Positions 21,778 through 24,518 of a DNA stretch of 24,518 nt are shown here, piece after piece. The stretch spans positions 1 through 24,518 of the forward strand of contig NW_021836356.1 in the NCBI RefSeq assembly GCF_006345805.1. Reading direction: 5' to 3'. The notes under the pieces are model-generated. The model had not been told where the DNA came from. It searched no databases and saw only the letters and a list, made by a program, of their open reading frames with translations. Positions within the stretch are counted from its first letter, which is position 1, and each line of letters begins with the position of its first letter. The translations under genes were made by a program, and so were the position numbers. The DNA comes from Octopus sinensis. Its lineage: Eukaryota.

Positions 21778-24518
21778 CTGGCTCAGTACATCTACTCAGC
21801 ATCTATGCTCCACTCTCTACAGCTCAGAGGAGACCAAGGACCAGTTCTACAAAGATCTCAACTGTGTCCTAGAAAATATACCAACGACTGAAAATATTCT
21901 ACCTTCTAGGGGATTTTAACCGCTCGCGTGGGATATGACCATGATTCGTGGCCCATTTGTGTTGGACACTTTGGTATTGGCAACATGAATGACAATGGTC
22001 AGAGACTACTCGAATTCTGCACATACCACAACCTGTGCATCACAAACACATTATTTACCAGCAAGCCATCCCACAAGGCATCCTGGAGACATCCAAGATC
22101 TCACCACTGGCATCAGCTGGATCTCATCATTACACGGAGATCCTTTCTGAGTTCCACTCTATTGACCCGCAGTTACCACAGTGCGGATTGTGACACAGAC
22201 CACTCACTAATTAGAAGCAGGGTGAGGATTCTCCCTAAAAAAGTCCATCGCTCCAAGAAAGTGGGCCGACCACGCATCAACACCGCCAGAACCTCGACCC
22301 TACACTGCGAAAATGTTTTGCTGCTTCTATCAAGGTTGCCCTCAGTAGCTGCCCAACCTCCTCTGCTGAAAGTAGGTGGGACTATATCAGGGAAGCCTTG
22401 TATACGACATCATTGGATACTTTCGGCATGAGAGAAAGGCAAAACCCAGATTGGTTCAATGCTGGGCTCTCAGAGCTGGAGCCAGTTATCGAAGCAAAGC
22501 GTGCAGCTCTGGTGCAATACAAGAGTGACTCTTCTACAAAGTCACTCGAAGAACTCAGAAAGGCACGAAATAAAACCCAACTGACAGCCAGACGCTGTGC
22601 AAATAGGTATTGGCAGGAAATCTGTCAGAGTATCCAGTCAGCTGCTGACAGGGGCGACACCCGTGGGATGTATGCTGGTTTGAAGAAGGCCCTCGGTCCA
22701 TCCGCAACCAAGTCAGCCCCTCTGAATCAACTACTGGAGATCTCATCAGGGATCAAGGCAAGCAAATGGATAGATGGGTGGAGCACTACACCAGGATCTC
22801 TACTCACGGAGACCACAGTGGCTGAGGCTGCAGCCGAGAGTGTCAAGATCTTGCCAGTCATGTGCGAACTTGACAGTCCGCCATCTATAGCAGAGCTCAC
22901 CAAGGCTGTTGACTCCCTAGCAAGAAATAAGGCTCCGGAAAAGACGGCATCCCCTCAGAGATCATCAAAGCCGGCAAAAACACCATCCTGCTTCGGCACC
23001 TTCATGAGCTTCTGTGTCAGTGCTGGGAAGAGGGTACAGTCCCTCAGGATATGCGGGATGCATTACGCTCTACAAAAACAAAGGTGACCGTGGTGATTGT
23101 AACAATTACCGTGGCATATCCCTTCTAAGCACTGTTGGAAAGACCTTTGCCCGCGTTATCCTGGCCAGGCTACAACTACTTGCTTCTCGAATCTATCCGG
23201 AATCGCAGTGTGGCTTTAGAAGAAGCAGATCAACTATCGATATGATATTCTCCATACGCCAACTTCAGGAGAAGTCCAGAGAGCAGAAAATGCCATTATA
23301 TATGGCCTTCATTGATCTAACAAAGGCTTTTGACTCGGTAAGCAGAACAGGCCTCTTAATCCTGCTCCAAAAAATCGGATGTCCTCCAAAGCTGCTGAGG
23401 ATCATCAAGTCTTTCCATGATGACATGCAAGGCACCATACAGCACAACGGTTCAACATCAGCCGCCTTCCAAATAAAAAACGGGGTAAAGCAAAGCTGTG
23501 TCCTCGCTCCTACATTGTTTGACATCTTCTTCTCACTCTTGCTGTCACATGCCTTTCAGACATCAGATGTGGAGTGTTTCTGCACAGTAGAAGTGACGGG
23601 AAACTGTTCAATCTCTCGCGCCTGCGTGCCAATACCAAAATCAGAAACGTCTGATCAAGGAGATGTTATTTGCTGATGATGCCGCTCTGGTAACACACAC
23701 AGAAGAAGCCCTCCAAAGGCTCATTAACTGTTTTGAGCAAGCATGTAACGACTTTGGCTTAGCTATCAGCCTTAAGAAGACCAACATCATGGCCAGGCTA
23801 CATCGGACATCCCAAAACAACATATTGGAGACCACAGATTACAAGAGGTGGAGAAGTTTACCTATCTGGGCTCTACCGTCACCTACAACCTATCCCTTGA
23901 CGCTGAGCTCAATATACGCATTGGCAAGGCAGCTGCTGCGATGGCCCAACTCTCCAAACGGGCTTGGGACAACAATAAGCTGACCAAGACCACAAAAATG
24001 AAGATCTACCAGGCATGTATACTCAGCACTCTACTGTATGGAAGCGAGACCTGGACGCTATACCACGCCAAGAGCGTCGCCTAAACATCTTTCACCTGCG
24101 CTGCCTCGAAAAATCCTCCACATCAAATGGCAGAATCATATCCCCAACAAGATGTCCTCAGGCAAGCAGGAATACCAAGCATGTTTACCACCCTCACACA
24201 AAGACGTATGAGATGGCTTGGGCATGTTAGCCGTATGAAAGATGGCAGAATCCCCAAGGACATACTCTACGGAGAGCTTGCTAGGGGTACTAGGTCTGTG
24301 GGTAGACCGATCTTACGTTACAAGGATGTTTGCAAAAGGATATGAAGGCCTGCAACATCAACATTAGCGGTTGGGAGGCAGTCGCCGGCAACCGTGGAGA
24401 ATGGCGATGTACAGTAAAAGAGGGTATACAGAGGAGTGACAGAAAGAGAGAGGAGAAATGGAAAGAAAGGAAGGACATAAACAAGAGACCATGGCACTAC
24501 AACAGCCAGGAACAGTCT
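21778..24518 (+). mobile_element. RTE-clade (BovB-like) LINE, 5'-truncated in the AP endonuclease, frameshifted, continues past the window end
   Basis: APE motifs (SIYAPT, GDFN region, NDNGQRLLEFC, WRHPRSHHWHQLDLII, ADCDTDHSL). RT motifs (YKNKGDRGDCNNYRGISLL, PESQCGFR, AFIDLTKAFDSVSR, GVKQSCVLAPTLF, LFADD). RTE-type C-terminus (RWLGHVSRMKDGRIPKDILYGEL..G.R..GRP.LRYKDVCKR). The ORF is split over many frames. Confidence 0.97.

Overview
Eukaryotic, AT-rich, microsatellite-saturated non-coding DNA (intergenic or intronic). The SINE and LINE families resemble those I associate with Octopus/coleoid cephalopods (inference from recall, not a database match). I find no credible host protein-coding exon: nearly all long ORFs in the track are translations of simple repeats. 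The window contains (i) copies or fragments of three tRNA-derived SINE families with modular tails; (ii) a 5'-truncated, frameshifted RTE (BovB-like) LINE running off the right end, plus an old antisense RTE remnant; (iii) four fragments of R4/Dong-like restriction-endonuclease LINEs, one family embedded in (CATA)n and one ending in (TAA)n; (iv) two minus-strand type I hammerhead ribozymes with palindromic stem III, of the Penelope/retrozyme type. The hammerhead at 12311-12381 is structurally intact. The one at 20197-20294 sits in an ORF-less ~1.5-mer tandem element (19915-20789) whose outer boundary falls within 2 nt of the equivalent predicted self-cleavage site. These ribozyme-bearing elements are the most interesting content.
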